From a virus (taxonomy: Duplodnaviria; Caudoviricetes), in IMG/VR virus record IMGVR_UViG_3300005805_000102, positions 1 to 57,701 of that record: a stretch of DNA of 57,701 nt, one strand, 5' to 3'. Below, piece after piece: positions 34,369-44,201 of the stretch. Position 1 is the first letter of the stretch. Each line of letters begins with the position of its first letter. The translations under genes and the position numbers were made by a program. Below the pieces are notes generated by a model. That model made no database searches and had not been told where the DNA came from. It worked only from the letters and a program-made list of their open reading frames with translations.

Positions 34369-34683
34369 ATGGAGACTACTATGATTAAGTACACTGATGA
34401 TATGATGAAGAAGGCAAAGATGCTTTTTCCAGACAATGCACCTTTGTTAGAGATGATGAAGAATGGAGATACTAAAGCTGTGGATGTGATCTATGCAAGA
34501 TTGGGTTTTTATCTGGACGAAGATGACATCATCAAGGCTTTTCGGAACAAGAAAGAAAATCGTATTCTAGAAATGGCAAAGAGAGTCAAGGCCATTCGAG
34601 AGCTGTATCAGCAGATGCTTTCTCACATAGACAAGACCGAAATGAACAGGGCTCAGAATAACGGCTATTCAGACTGTATGTAA
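34369..34683 (+). CDS. Hypothetical protein
   Basis: Open frame within the operon. Confidence 0.55.
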   Translation: METTMIKYTDDMMKKAKMLFPDNAPLLEMMKNGDTKAVDVIYARLGFYLDEDDIIKAFRNKKENRILEMAKRVKAIRELYQQMLSHIDKTEMNRAQNNGYSDCM

Positions 34684-34685
34684 TT

Positions 34686-35075
34686 ATGAATGATGAGAAT
34701 ACGCAGCGACTATTGGAAGCTGCACCACATCTTTATGGAGACAGATTCTACTTCGAGTGTCATGATGGTTGGTTTGATATTCTTCTAGAAGCAAGCATAA
34801 AACTTGAGAAGAAAATTCAGACATTTCCAGAGTCCATCAGACAGGACATAGTTGCCAGTCAAGTTAAAGAGAAATATGGAACCCTTAGGTTCTATCTCTC
34901 TTATTACACAGAAGAGCTTGATGAGATTATTGATGGTGTTGAAAGACTCTCTGCCACTGTATGTGAAACCTGTGGCAAGCCAGGTTCAGTAAAGGGTGGT
35001 GTGTGGTTATACACATCATGTGATGAACATACTAGAGCTGAAGATAGGCAATATCTCGAAAGTCACAATAAATAA
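34686..35075 (+). CDS. Conserved phage protein with a zinc ribbon
   Basis: DGWFDIL, QVKEKYGTLRFY, CETCGKPG..W..T.CDEH. Confidence 0.75.
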   Translation: MNDENTQRLLEAAPHLYGDRFYFECHDGWFDILLEASIKLEKKIQTFPESIRQDIVASQVKEKYGTLRFYLSYYTEELDEIIDGVERLSATVCETCGKPGSVKGGVWLYTSCDEHTRAEDRQYLESHNK

Positions 35076-35083
35076 TCTCCAGT

Positions 35084-37219
35084 ATGGGAACATTCTTAGG
35101 AAGAGCCGGATTTAATTGGTGGGTTGGTGTTGTTGAGAATCGCATGGATCCTCTCAACCTAGGTCGATGCCAAGTAAGATTTTTCGGCCATCATCCAGAA
35201 TTAAGATCTGAACTACAGACAATGGATTTGCCTTGGGCAACACCAAGTATCAGTGTAGACAGCACAACATTCATGACATCTTTAAAAGAGGGTGATTGGG
35301 TGTGGGGCTTTTTTATGGACACTGAAGGTGCTCAAAAGCCTGTCATATGCGGGATGCTTCCTGGAATAAACAAAGATGCGGCAGATCCGGAAAAAGGATT
35401 CTGTGACGGAAGAACCAATCTCGATGAGGTTCCACTGCCTGCTGAAATGAGGCCACCAAAAACAAAACCTGTTGGCGTAAGCATAACAAGAATACGAAAA
35501 ATTGTTCAGGAGCTTGATCCGCCCGCGGAAATATCCACTGCTCTGAACCGAGTGATTGACATGATGTTCGGCACAGAAACAAGTGTTGGTTTAGAGCAGA
35601 TACCACAAGCCATCAGTAAGGTTCTCGATATGATTTCGGAACTTGAGGGTGAGGTAAAATCACTCATTGAAAAAGCAGTACAGTGGCTTTTGAAAAACGT
35701 GCAGACGCTTATTTCGAAGATAAGCCTAGATCTTTTTCTCGATGAAGACTCTGAGATATCAGACGCAAAATCTGATCCAAACTCTCTTCCGGGCAGCTCC
35801 ACAGGATTTGGAGTTTTGATGAAAGACTTCGACATATCATATTTCGATAAAAACGGAGACGGACAGTTTAATCTTGAAGATGCGAAATTGTTTATTCAAG
35901 AGTGCCTTAGTAAGTCTGGATATTTTACAGGCGAAGCATCAAATATGATTGCTTCGGTGGCACCATCTAGCTATCCACATACAGACAAATTAAATGAACC
36001 TTCTACATCAAGATTAGCTCGCGCAGAAAATATAGAACAGACAATAGTTGGTAGAAAAAACGCAACTTTGGGTGTAGTGGAGGGTGCAGGTCATAACCCA
36101 GAGAGCGAGACGGCACAAAGCTCAGGAATTTCTATCAAACAACCAAAATCATTTTATGCTGCTGTTCCTCCGTACAACAAAGTTCAGGAGAGTGAGTCTG
36201 GACATGTAATAGAGGTTGACGATACTCCCAATCATGAAAGATTGCATTGGTATCACAGGGCAGGAACATTTACAGAAATAGGCCCAGATGGCACAGAAGT
36301 CAATAAAGTTGTCAAAGTGCAATACAACTTCATTGTTGAGGATTACTGCTTAGGTGTTGGCAAAACCATAAATGTGGAAGCCGCCGATGCGATAAGAATC
36401 AAATCCGGAAAGGACATGAACAAGCAGATAGGATCCAACTTGAACATCGAGTGTGGCGATGCATATCACCTCGGCGTTGGTAAAGGTGCGTATGTTTATG
36501 CAAAAGATGGTGTAGTATACATCAAGGCGAATGGAAATATTTCTTTAGAAGCTGCCGGAGATGAGGGTGTGGTTGAAATTAAAGCAACAAAAAATATAGC
36601 TTTATCTGCACCCTCCATTCACTTACAAGGGCATGGTGGTGCTCAGGCAGACAACATAAACTTAGTATCACCCAACATCAAAGCAACATTACTTAAAGCC
36701 CACGAGGCCGTCCTTCTAGGCACACCTCCTCTTCCCGCCGACGGCATCAAAGGTGTTGAAAACGACGCAGATAAAAAAACAGAAACATCAGATAGTCCTA
36801 AAGACGGATGGTTATGGCCAACCGGTCTTTTTGAAGAGCTTTGGAAGCCAGAGAGTGACTCGGATAAAAAATTGGTTACTCTGGGATACGATCAAACCCC
36901 ACATCAAATATACGAGGCAGTGCCAATAGGAGTGCTAGAGGCTGTTCAAATAAAATATATGGATGCTGGTGGAAAAGTATCGACTTGGGAAGTTGTGCGA
37001 ATGAAGCATGTTCCTGGCAGACTTATAGACGTATCAACAATGATTAAAAAATTTGAGGGAGATGCAAGATTTCTCCAGAGATGGAAAAAGCCAGGCGGAG
37101 CATATCCAACAGTTTGCTTCTTGAAGACAGGAACTGGATTTCATTTAATCATAAAAAGCTCTGATAGACACTGGTTCAAGTTTCCATTCAACGAGCAGAT
37201 ACCTATGACCCCTGCATAA
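35084..37219 (+). CDS. gp5: Baseplate central spike, gp5-like, lacking the lysozyme domain
   Basis: OB-fold WWVGVVENRMDPLNLGRCQVR..HH..LPWA..EGDWVWGFFMD; ESESGHVIEVDDTP..ERLHWYHRAGTF; beta-helix repeats; TAAATA at 35069-35074. Confidence 0.9.
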   Translation: MGTFLGRAGFNWWVGVVENRMDPLNLGRCQVRFFGHHPELRSELQTMDLPWATPSISVDSTTFMTSLKEGDWVWGFFMDTEGAQKPVICGMLPGINKDAADPEKGFCDGRTNLDEVPLPAEMRPPKTKPVGVSITRIRKIVQELDPPAEISTALNRVIDMMFGTETSVGLEQIPQAISKVLDMISELEGEVKSLIEKAVQWLLKNVQTLISKISLDLFLDEDSEISDAKSDPNSLPGSSTGFGVLMKDFDISYFDKNGDGQFNLEDAKLFIQECLSKSGYFTGEASNMIASVAPSSYPHTDKLNEPSTSRLARAENIEQTIVGRKNATLGVVEGAGHNPESETAQSSGISIKQPKSFYAAVPPYNKVQESESGHVIEVDDTPNHERLHWYHRAGTFTEIGPDGTEVNKVVKVQYNFIVEDYCLGVGKTINVEAADAIRIKSGKDMNKQIGSNLNIECGDAYHLGVGKGAYVYAKDGVVYIKANGNISLEAAGDEGVVEIKATKNIALSAPSIHLQGHGGAQADNINLVSPNIKATLLKAHEAVLLGTPPLPADGIKGVENDADKKTETSDSPKDGWLWPTGLFEELWKPESDSDKKLVTLGYDQTPHQIYEAVPIGVLEAVQIKYMDAGGKVSTWEVVRMKHVPGRLIDVSTMIKKFEGDARFLQRWKKPGGAYPTVCFLKTGTGFHLIIKSSDRHWFKFPFNEQIPMTPA

Positions 37220-37224
37220 CTACA

Positions 37225-37530
37225 ATGTTTAGAAACACACTCTTTTTAGCCTGTATTGTTCTTCAAATTCTAGATGGTGTGTTTACGGGCTACGCAGCAA
37301 CACAATCTTCTCTTGGAGTAAATGTTGAGGGCAATCCTCTAGTTAAAGAACTGATGTTATTGCTTGGTGTTTTTCCTGCGCTGTTTTTGCTGAAGTCACT
37401 TGCTATAGTATTTCTAGTGTTTTTGAAAAAGCTCAAAACGAGCATAGTCGTCCCGTTGATTATTTTTGGATTCTACTCGCCTGTAGTGGCGGCCTGGGCA
37501 TACATTTTGTTTTTGGATAAACTGTCCTAA
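37225..37530 (+). CDS. DUF5658-like membrane protein
   Basis: LQILDGVFT..EGNPL..K motif with 3 TM segments. Confidence 0.65.
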   Translation: MFRNTLFLACIVLQILDGVFTGYAATQSSLGVNVEGNPLVKELMLLLGVFPALFLLKSLAIVFLVFLKKLKTSIVVPLIIFGFYSPVVAAWAYILFLDKLS

Positions 37531-37587
37531 GCCAAGCACCTTGTTGTGCTCTCGCATAAATAATGTGAGTCTCAACTCTTTTGGCTT

Positions 37588-38055
37588 ATGGCAGATATCA
37601 AGACAACATACAAAATAGAAAATGTGGGTCTTACCACATACGACAACGTACCAAATTCTAAACTTGCTAAAGTTACAAAGAAGTATTCCGACTTGAATTT
37701 GGACTTTCATGCCCATCCAGTATCTAAAGATATAACACCTTTAACTGATGCCGAAGCGGTCAAAAGATCTATAAGAAATCTACTTCTCACTAACTACAAC
37801 GAGAGAGTATTTAATCCAAATTTTGGGGGAAATCTTCGGGCTTTGCTTTTCGAGCCAGTCAATATGGCAACAACACACAGCATTAAGACATGGGTCTCGA
37901 ACGCCATAGAAAATTTTGAACCTAGAGCATCTTTGATAGATGTAGTTGTTGTGCCGTCCATAGATGAGAATCAATATTCGGTCACAATAATATACGCAAT
38001 AGACAATATATCAGAAACAGTAACTCAAGACATTTTCTTAGAAAGGCTTCGTTAG
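37588..38055 (+). CDS. gp25: Baseplate wedge subunit gp25
   Basis: YSDLNLDF..HPVSKD..AVKRSIRNLLLTNYNERVFNPNFG..LLFE..IENFEPRA..FLERLR; TAAATA at 37557-37562. Confidence 0.92.
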   Translation: MADIKTTYKIENVGLTTYDNVPNSKLAKVTKKYSDLNLDFHAHPVSKDITPLTDAEAVKRSIRNLLLTNYNERVFNPNFGGNLRALLFEPVNMATTHSIKTWVSNAIENFEPRASLIDVVVVPSIDENQYSVTIIYAIDNISETVTQDIFLERLR

Positions 38056-38058
38056 TTC

Positions 38059-39927
38059 ATGTCAGAAATTAAATACAACGAACTTGATTTTGCCAAGATA
38101 AAAGAGAACTTAAAGTCATACTTAAAGTCTCAGAGTAAGTTTAGAGACTACGATTTCGAAGCATCCGGACTGTCTATACTTTTAGACTTGCTGGCATACA
38201 ATACAGCATACAACGGATTTTATTTAAACATGTTAGCCAGCGAATCGTTTCTAGACAGCGCATATATGAGACCGAGTGTTGTTTCGAGGGCGAAGCAACT
38301 TGGTTACACACCATCGTCGAGGAGAGCGTTGTCTGCTCTGGTTGACATACATGTGGACTTTTCTCAAAATGTAGGGCAGCGCAACTTCAACGAAGTTATC
38401 ACACCTGGTGGTCCATTTTTAATACCAACAAGCACAGAATTCTATTGTCTAGTTAATTCTACACGACAATCATTTTTCCCCAAGAGTCCAGTTCTAGCAG
38501 TACCAATCGATGCTACAAATTATGTTGCAAAAAACGTAAATTTGATTGAAGGAAAAAGGTTGACATACTCTTGGGCAGTGGACGAGTTTACAAAAAATTT
38601 TGTGATACCGAACGTAAACATAGACTTGTCAACTCTGCTTGTCTATGTTAGTCCATCACAAATTTCTACACAAAAAATACTGTACAAAGAATTTAAAGAC
38701 ATAAACGAACTAACACCTTCAGATGAGATATACTTCATACAAGAGACCCTTGATGAAAAGTATGAGATTATATTCGGAGATGGAGTTTTGGGTAAAAAAG
38801 TTCCTGTCGGCAGCTTCGTAGAAATAGAGTATGTGGTTCCCAACAGCGACGTGGCGACCGGTGCCGATAAATTTTACCTAGCATCTAATAACTTGGGAAC
38901 CTTCAGTATACAAAACGTCCGCAAAGAAGTTCATAAAGGATACTTAAAGGAGATAAAAACTGTAATCTCGGCGAGAGACTATGCAGAAAAAGAGTCTGTA
39001 GAGTCTATAAAATTTAAAGCACCAAAAATGTACACTACACAGAATAGAGCGGTGACAAAAAATGATTATGAGATTCTGCTTAAGAAGGACATTAGCACAA
39101 TAGATCCTAAAATAGATTATGTGAGGGTTTGGGGTGGAGAAGAAAACGACCCGCCAGATTACGGAAAAGTGTTCTTTGCTATTAAGCCTTCTTATGGCTT
39201 AAGATTGAACGAAGAGGAGAAAGAGAGAATCATAGAAAATTACATAAGACCTAAAAATATGATTTCAGTTCAGGCAGTGATAGTCGAGCCAGACTACATA
39301 GGACTTATCGTAGACAGCACCATCAATTACTATGCGAGCAAGACGAAAAATAACGAAGCTCAAATAAAAAATCTGGTGTATCAAAAAATTCAAAACTTTA
39401 GGGACACAAACATACTAGGATTCGACTCAGATCTTAGATACTCAAAATTGATAGCAAATATAGATGTTGCGGATTCATCCATCGAGAGTAACATAACAAA
39501 GATAACACTCAAATACAGAATCAATCCTATACCGTTTGTTTCTTTCACAAAGCACATACCTCTAACAAATCCAATTTCGACCGGAGACATATTGAACGAC
39601 ACACCATCAATATCAAGCACACCATTTAATTATTTTGGAATCACTGTGGTATTGGGTGACGATGGTAAGGGTAAATTAGTTTTGTATAGAGACAACACTC
39701 AACAAAAGGTGCCTTTAAAAGAGGTTGGAACAATCAACTATGACACTGGAGATTTGTACATCACAAACTTGAACATAGATTCCATATCAAACAACCTAAA
39801 CTTCATAGACATATTCGCCACACCAAAATATCAGGATGTGATAGCTTACAAAAATCAAATTCTAATATTAGATAACGCAGATATTCGGGTGTCTTGCATC
39901 AACCTAGATTACGTTAGAACATCTTAA
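38059..39927 (+). CDS. gp6: Baseplate wedge subunit gp6
   Basis: LDFAKIKENLK..FRDYDFEASGLSILLDLLAYNT, ESFLDSA..R..VVSRAKQLGYTP, QNRAVTKNDY, WGGEENDPPDYGKVF. Confidence 0.95.
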   Translation: MSEIKYNELDFAKIKENLKSYLKSQSKFRDYDFEASGLSILLDLLAYNTAYNGFYLNMLASESFLDSAYMRPSVVSRAKQLGYTPSSRRALSALVDIHVDFSQNVGQRNFNEVITPGGPFLIPTSTEFYCLVNSTRQSFFPKSPVLAVPIDATNYVAKNVNLIEGKRLTYSWAVDEFTKNFVIPNVNIDLSTLLVYVSPSQISTQKILYKEFKDINELTPSDEIYFIQETLDEKYEIIFGDGVLGKKVPVGSFVEIEYVVPNSDVATGADKFYLASNNLGTFSIQNVRKEVHKGYLKEIKTVISARDYAEKESVESIKFKAPKMYTTQNRAVTKNDYEILLKKDISTIDPKIDYVRVWGGEENDPPDYGKVFFAIKPSYGLRLNEEEKERIIENYIRPKNMISVQAVIVEPDYIGLIVDSTINYYASKTKNNEAQIKNLVYQKIQNFRDTNILGFDSDLRYSKLIANIDVADSSIESNITKITLKYRINPIPFVSFTKHIPLTNPISTGDILNDTPSISSTPFNYFGITVVLGDDGKGKLVLYRDNTQQKVPLKEVGTINYDTGDLYITNLNIDSISNNLNFIDIFATPKYQDVIAYKNQILILDNADIRVSCINLDYVRTS

Positions 39928-39929
39928 TC

Positions 39930-42332
39930 ATGGCAAAATATCTGAGTCCAGCGTCAATTCCTTCTAGATTGTCTATCGCAAATTATGACGGCGTGTTGGT
40001 TCGCAAGACCAGAGATGTTGTAAGTAATTCGGTTTTTTTAGATTCTCAGTTGCCAGAATTCGTAAGAGATGACCATCCCAAGTTCGTCGAATTCATGAAG
40101 TCTTATTATGATTGGCTGAGCATAAAAGGAAATGTGGATTATGCGACAAGAAAATTCAAAGATGAGTTAGACATAGACACGGCTTCAGAGAAATATGAAG
40201 ATGTGCTACACAAAGAATTTTTGTCTATCATACCCAAGGATTTGAAGACACATAAAAATCAAGTGTTGAAGTATGCTAGACAGTTTTATAGGGCGAAGGG
40301 AGTTGAGAAGTCCTTCAAGCTATTTTTTCGAATGTTGTATGATGCAAGCGTGGAGTTTTATTATCCAAGAAAAGACATACTAAAGGCATCTGATGGAAAA
40401 TGGATTCAAAACAAATCTCTTCGAGTCATAGAAGACATAACCCGTAGAGGCAAACAGAATTTCATAAACAAAGTTATTACTGGACAAAGTAGTAAAGCAA
40501 CAGCTTTTGTTGATAGAACCGTATCTGTAAGATCAAGGTCCTCGGTCTCAAAGGAGCTTTTTCTTAATATCTACAGCATCACGGGAAAATTTTTACCGAA
40601 TGAAATTGTAACAACCGAGGATGGCGCATCAGCAAGAATTTCGCCTGTCATATCAAAAATAGAATTTGTAAATGACAACAACAAACGATCACAAACAGGA
40701 ACTGGATATGAAGTCGGTGACAATTTTTTGATTGACTATGGCGCCGGAAATAAAGCAAAGATTAAAGTTGCTTCAATTACCGAAGGTGGTGCTATCAGAA
40801 GATTTTCTATTAAAGATTTTAGTGTTGAGTGTCCAGACGGGAACATTTATGATATAGACTATAGGACCTCAGACAAGGAGTTTAAGTATTTTGTATCACC
40901 ATCAAAAGCCAATATTCAATATAAGATTGAAGGTGTTGATGTTGATGTGGCGATGACTAATTTTAAAAATCAGGAAGATTTGGAGCTAACTAATAAGTTT
41001 TTTGTAGAGGGCTCTTTTGTAAAAATCAAGGGCAAAGATGATGTCAACAATTCAAGAGATCTTCTTTTTGTAATAGAATCTGTGCAGTCATATGGCGATA
41101 GTGTGGTTAACTTGGCTTTGAAATTTGACAAGTTCGAGGGAGACACAACACTTCCATCTTCGATGATTATAGAAAGGATAGAATCAATCTCCGGAAAAGG
41201 AGCTAAAATTAAGGTGTCTTCTGGCGCGCTGTGTGAATATCCAGGATACTATTTAGGAAATTATGGTCAACTTAGCGAAGGTAAGTATATTCAAGACAAC
41301 CTTTTCTATCAACAGTTTTCGTATGTGTTATACTCAAATACATCCCTTGACACATATAGAGAGTCTCTACTATCTATTTTACATCCATTGGGCATGAAAA
41401 TTTTTGCTGGATTTAGAGATCCAACAAACGTTTCAGCAAAAATTCGCACTAATAGAAACTCATCATTCAGACGCAGGTTTGACAAATTCAGTAGACCAAA
41501 ATTCTTGCCTTACAATTCAAACGTGGGTAGACCATCAGCCGATGAATCTTATAGATTTGAAGATTTGCAATATGCCCCAGTTTCGATGAAAACTAAAGCA
41601 AGAGTGTTTGTTAAATTACATAAAGAAAATATGGACACGCTTTCATCTGTATTAGGCCCTTCGAATCGATCTATTTTTAGAGACAGGTTCAAGTATTTGC
41701 CGACAAAAGACACACCAAGCATTTTTGAGTTGTCTAACAATTCCGAATCTAGCCCCACAAAAATTTTTACAACGCCACCTAACTCATTACCTACAGCAAA
41801 CTCAAGTGTAGATTGGCTAGATTCGTTCGATGATAGTGAGATTAACATTTCGTACAACACCGGCACAGCGAATGGTTATTGGAACGGGTCATCAACCAAA
41901 GACAACAAACTGTATTGGGGAACACCTGGTCAGACCGTCGATAGGTATGCGAATATGCAGATTTACCATTTCTTAAGCACCATTCCAAAATCTCTTGATG
42001 GTTTTGGTGTTCCAGATTTTGTTATGTATAAGAGTAACGCGATGGGCAACACAATTCTTTTGGACAATCGTGATTACGTTATACAGTTCGGACCGAACGA
42101 AGAGTTAAAATATCTTGGAAAGAAGTGGAAAATAACACTTAAAGATAGCGTTCAGTTTGAGTCGGGGGATCAGATATTAGTCGCATTTAAAGACCAGTAT
42201 GGAAAAATTGTGGTTCACAAACAGGAATTTCCCGACGACAGAGTTATATGGTTGCCCAGAACAGTGAGAATCAAGGCACCTCGGACCAAGATAAATATAG
42301 TTCCTGAGGCCATAATTACGAGGGGTGTGTAA
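39930..42332 (+). CDS. gp7: Baseplate wedge initiator, gp7-like
   Basis: QLPEFVRDDHPKFVEFMKSYY.W, FYRAKG..SFKLFFRMLY, KASDGKW, IQDNLFYQQFSYVL, LHPLGMKIF; lies between gp6 and gp8. Confidence 0.8.
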   Translation: MAKYLSPASIPSRLSIANYDGVLVRKTRDVVSNSVFLDSQLPEFVRDDHPKFVEFMKSYYDWLSIKGNVDYATRKFKDELDIDTASEKYEDVLHKEFLSIIPKDLKTHKNQVLKYARQFYRAKGVEKSFKLFFRMLYDASVEFYYPRKDILKASDGKWIQNKSLRVIEDITRRGKQNFINKVITGQSSKATAFVDRTVSVRSRSSVSKELFLNIYSITGKFLPNEIVTTEDGASARISPVISKIEFVNDNNKRSQTGTGYEVGDNFLIDYGAGNKAKIKVASITEGGAIRRFSIKDFSVECPDGNIYDIDYRTSDKEFKYFVSPSKANIQYKIEGVDVDVAMTNFKNQEDLELTNKFFVEGSFVKIKGKDDVNNSRDLLFVIESVQSYGDSVVNLALKFDKFEGDTTLPSSMIIERIESISGKGAKIKVSSGALCEYPGYYLGNYGQLSEGKYIQDNLFYQQFSYVLYSNTSLDTYRESLLSILHPLGMKIFAGFRDPTNVSAKIRTNRNSSFRRRFDKFSRPKFLPYNSNVGRPSADESYRFEDLQYAPVSMKTKARVFVKLHKENMDTLSSVLGPSNRSIFRDRFKYLPTKDTPSIFELSNNSESSPTKIFTTPPNSLPTANSSVDWLDSFDDSEINISYNTGTANGYWNGSSTKDNKLYWGTPGQTVDRYANMQIYHFLSTIPKSLDGFGVPDFVMYKSNAMGNTILLDNRDYVIQFGPNEELKYLGKKWKITLKDSVQFESGDQILVAFKDQYGKIVVHKQEFPDDRVIWLPRTVRIKAPRTKINIVPEAIITRGV

Positions 42333-42394
42333 TTGAATAACTATCAGTGTATCAAAAACAATACTAAATAGTACAAATAGGATATGAATTAGTT

Positions 42395-44182
42395 ATGCCA
42401 GCAATTATCAAAACCAAGTTCAGAGTTCGAAGCGCAAAAGAATTTGTAAACAGCTTTCCAGCATCAACAGCAACTTCAGGTGAAAATTATTATTTGTTCG
42501 TTGGTCGACCAACGCCATGGAACGCACCTGATAATATTGTGTGGCCTTGGTCTCAAACCGAGGAGCCATCTGCATCCACCAATGCAGACTTATATCCGCC
42601 TGTGCCAAGGGATACAAATGTCGAGGAGGCCGACGTATGGGACGAAATGCTGGGACTAAAAAGAATCAATAGAGGTGATGTTTCTCTAGTCATTCCTAGG
42701 AGTAATTGGGATCCAACTGGAAAAACTGTGTATTCAATTTTTAGCGACTTTGATTCAGATCTATACAATCATCCCACACCGACCGATGTCGCAAATCTAA
42801 TAGACCCCACATTAAAGCCTGGAAATTTTTATGCACTCAACACTCAAAATGATCTGTTTGTGTGTCTGTATAATAACAATTATGGCCCATCAACGATTGA
42901 GCCTATACTTTTGGGTGATGCAACTTCACCGGTTGACTATTCAGATCAAGATGGTTATGTATGGAAATACATCACATCTATAACATCTGGTGATGCCGTA
43001 AAATTTTTGACCGATAGTTGGATTCCAGTAAAAACTTTGGTAAATAATGACTCGTCAAAACAGTGGCAGGTACAAGAGGCTGCTGAAGACAATGCAGGAT
43101 CTGTATTGTCTGTGATCATACTTAATTTTAATGAAGCGACCGCAACATGGCCAGAGACGGGCACATATAAAATAGAAATCACAGGAACTAACACATGCAA
43201 AGTTTTAGTTGCGGCTGGTCTAAGAACACCCAGTTCTCAGACCAATGTGTATGTTGATTATGAATTGAAAGTTGGTGTAAATAGATATCGTATTACTAAT
43301 TACTCATATGTTGATGCAAGTTCTAATACCCTTACCATAGATGGTTCGTTTGTCGAGTCAACTGGTGCGACACCCGACGCGAATATACAACCTCGATTAG
43401 AGATGTTTAGCAACTCAACACATTTACCTTTGCCCGAATTTACGCCTGTAGTTGGTGCCGATGGTAAAATATCTAAAATTGAGATTGATGAGCCAGGAAG
43501 GAATGCCACATTTGCTGCTCTACGAGTAATGCCGCTGCCAACACATCAGGCGGGCACCGTGCCGCCCGCTTTTAAGCCAGTTTTGGCTCCTGTTGACGGT
43601 CTGGGGAAAGATCCTGAAAAAGATTTAGGAGCGTTTTTTGCCATGGTCAGTACGCAAATTAGATACTCAGAGGCAGAAACAAGTACAGATCTATCGGACT
43701 TTCCAGTAAAAAATGATTATAGACAACTTGGTATACTAAGAAATGTTGTGAAGTATGATCAAACATTTTGTTCGGAAAATACTTTGCGAGCAACGAAGCG
43801 AGCCAATATTACTTTTTCAGAAAGTATTGGTATCGAAGGAGATCCTGGATTTAAATCAGACGAGGTTCTAGTAATAAAAAATGCTGGTATTGTTGTTGGC
43901 CAGGCCCTTTGTACAGACTTTAAGTTTTTTGATCGAGCGGCCGGCGATGATGAAATAACCGGACAGGTTACTTTCATCCAGAATTTTTATACCGGATATA
44001 AAGAATTAAGCGGTGGCCACACCTTGGTGGGCAAAATATCCGGAGCTGAGGCGATAGTAGATAGTATAGATTCCGAAGAATTAAAGAAGTTTCAAGGAGA
44101 AATTTTCTATTTGGAAAATAGGCGACCTGTTCTAAGGTCGGTAGATCAGGTGGAAGACATCAAAACTATCATAGAATTTTGA
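42395..44182 (+). CDS. gp8: Baseplate wedge subunit gp8
   Basis: MPAIIK.KFR..A..F, YYLFVGRP.PW, DGYVWKY, NDYRQLG, GEIFYLENR.P..RS.DQ.EDIK.IIEF; TAAATA at 42365-42370. Confidence 0.9.
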   Translation: MPAIIKTKFRVRSAKEFVNSFPASTATSGENYYLFVGRPTPWNAPDNIVWPWSQTEEPSASTNADLYPPVPRDTNVEEADVWDEMLGLKRINRGDVSLVIPRSNWDPTGKTVYSIFSDFDSDLYNHPTPTDVANLIDPTLKPGNFYALNTQNDLFVCLYNNNYGPSTIEPILLGDATSPVDYSDQDGYVWKYITSITSGDAVKFLTDSWIPVKTLVNNDSSKQWQVQEAAEDNAGSVLSVIILNFNEATATWPETGTYKIEITGTNTCKVLVAAGLRTPSSQTNVYVDYELKVGVNRYRITNYSYVDASSNTLTIDGSFVESTGATPDANIQPRLEMFSNSTHLPLPEFTPVVGADGKISKIEIDEPGRNATFAALRVMPLPTHQAGTVPPAFKPVLAPVDGLGKDPEKDLGAFFAMVSTQIRYSEAETSTDLSDFPVKNDYRQLGILRNVVKYDQTFCSENTLRATKRANITFSESIGIEGDPGFKSDEVLVIKNAGIVVGQALCTDFKFFDRAAGDDEITGQVTFIQNFYTGYKELSGGHTLVGKISGAEAIVDSIDSEELKKFQGEIFYLENRRPVLRSVDQVEDIKTIIEF

Positions 44183-44201
44183 TGATAAATAATAACACAC
44201 T

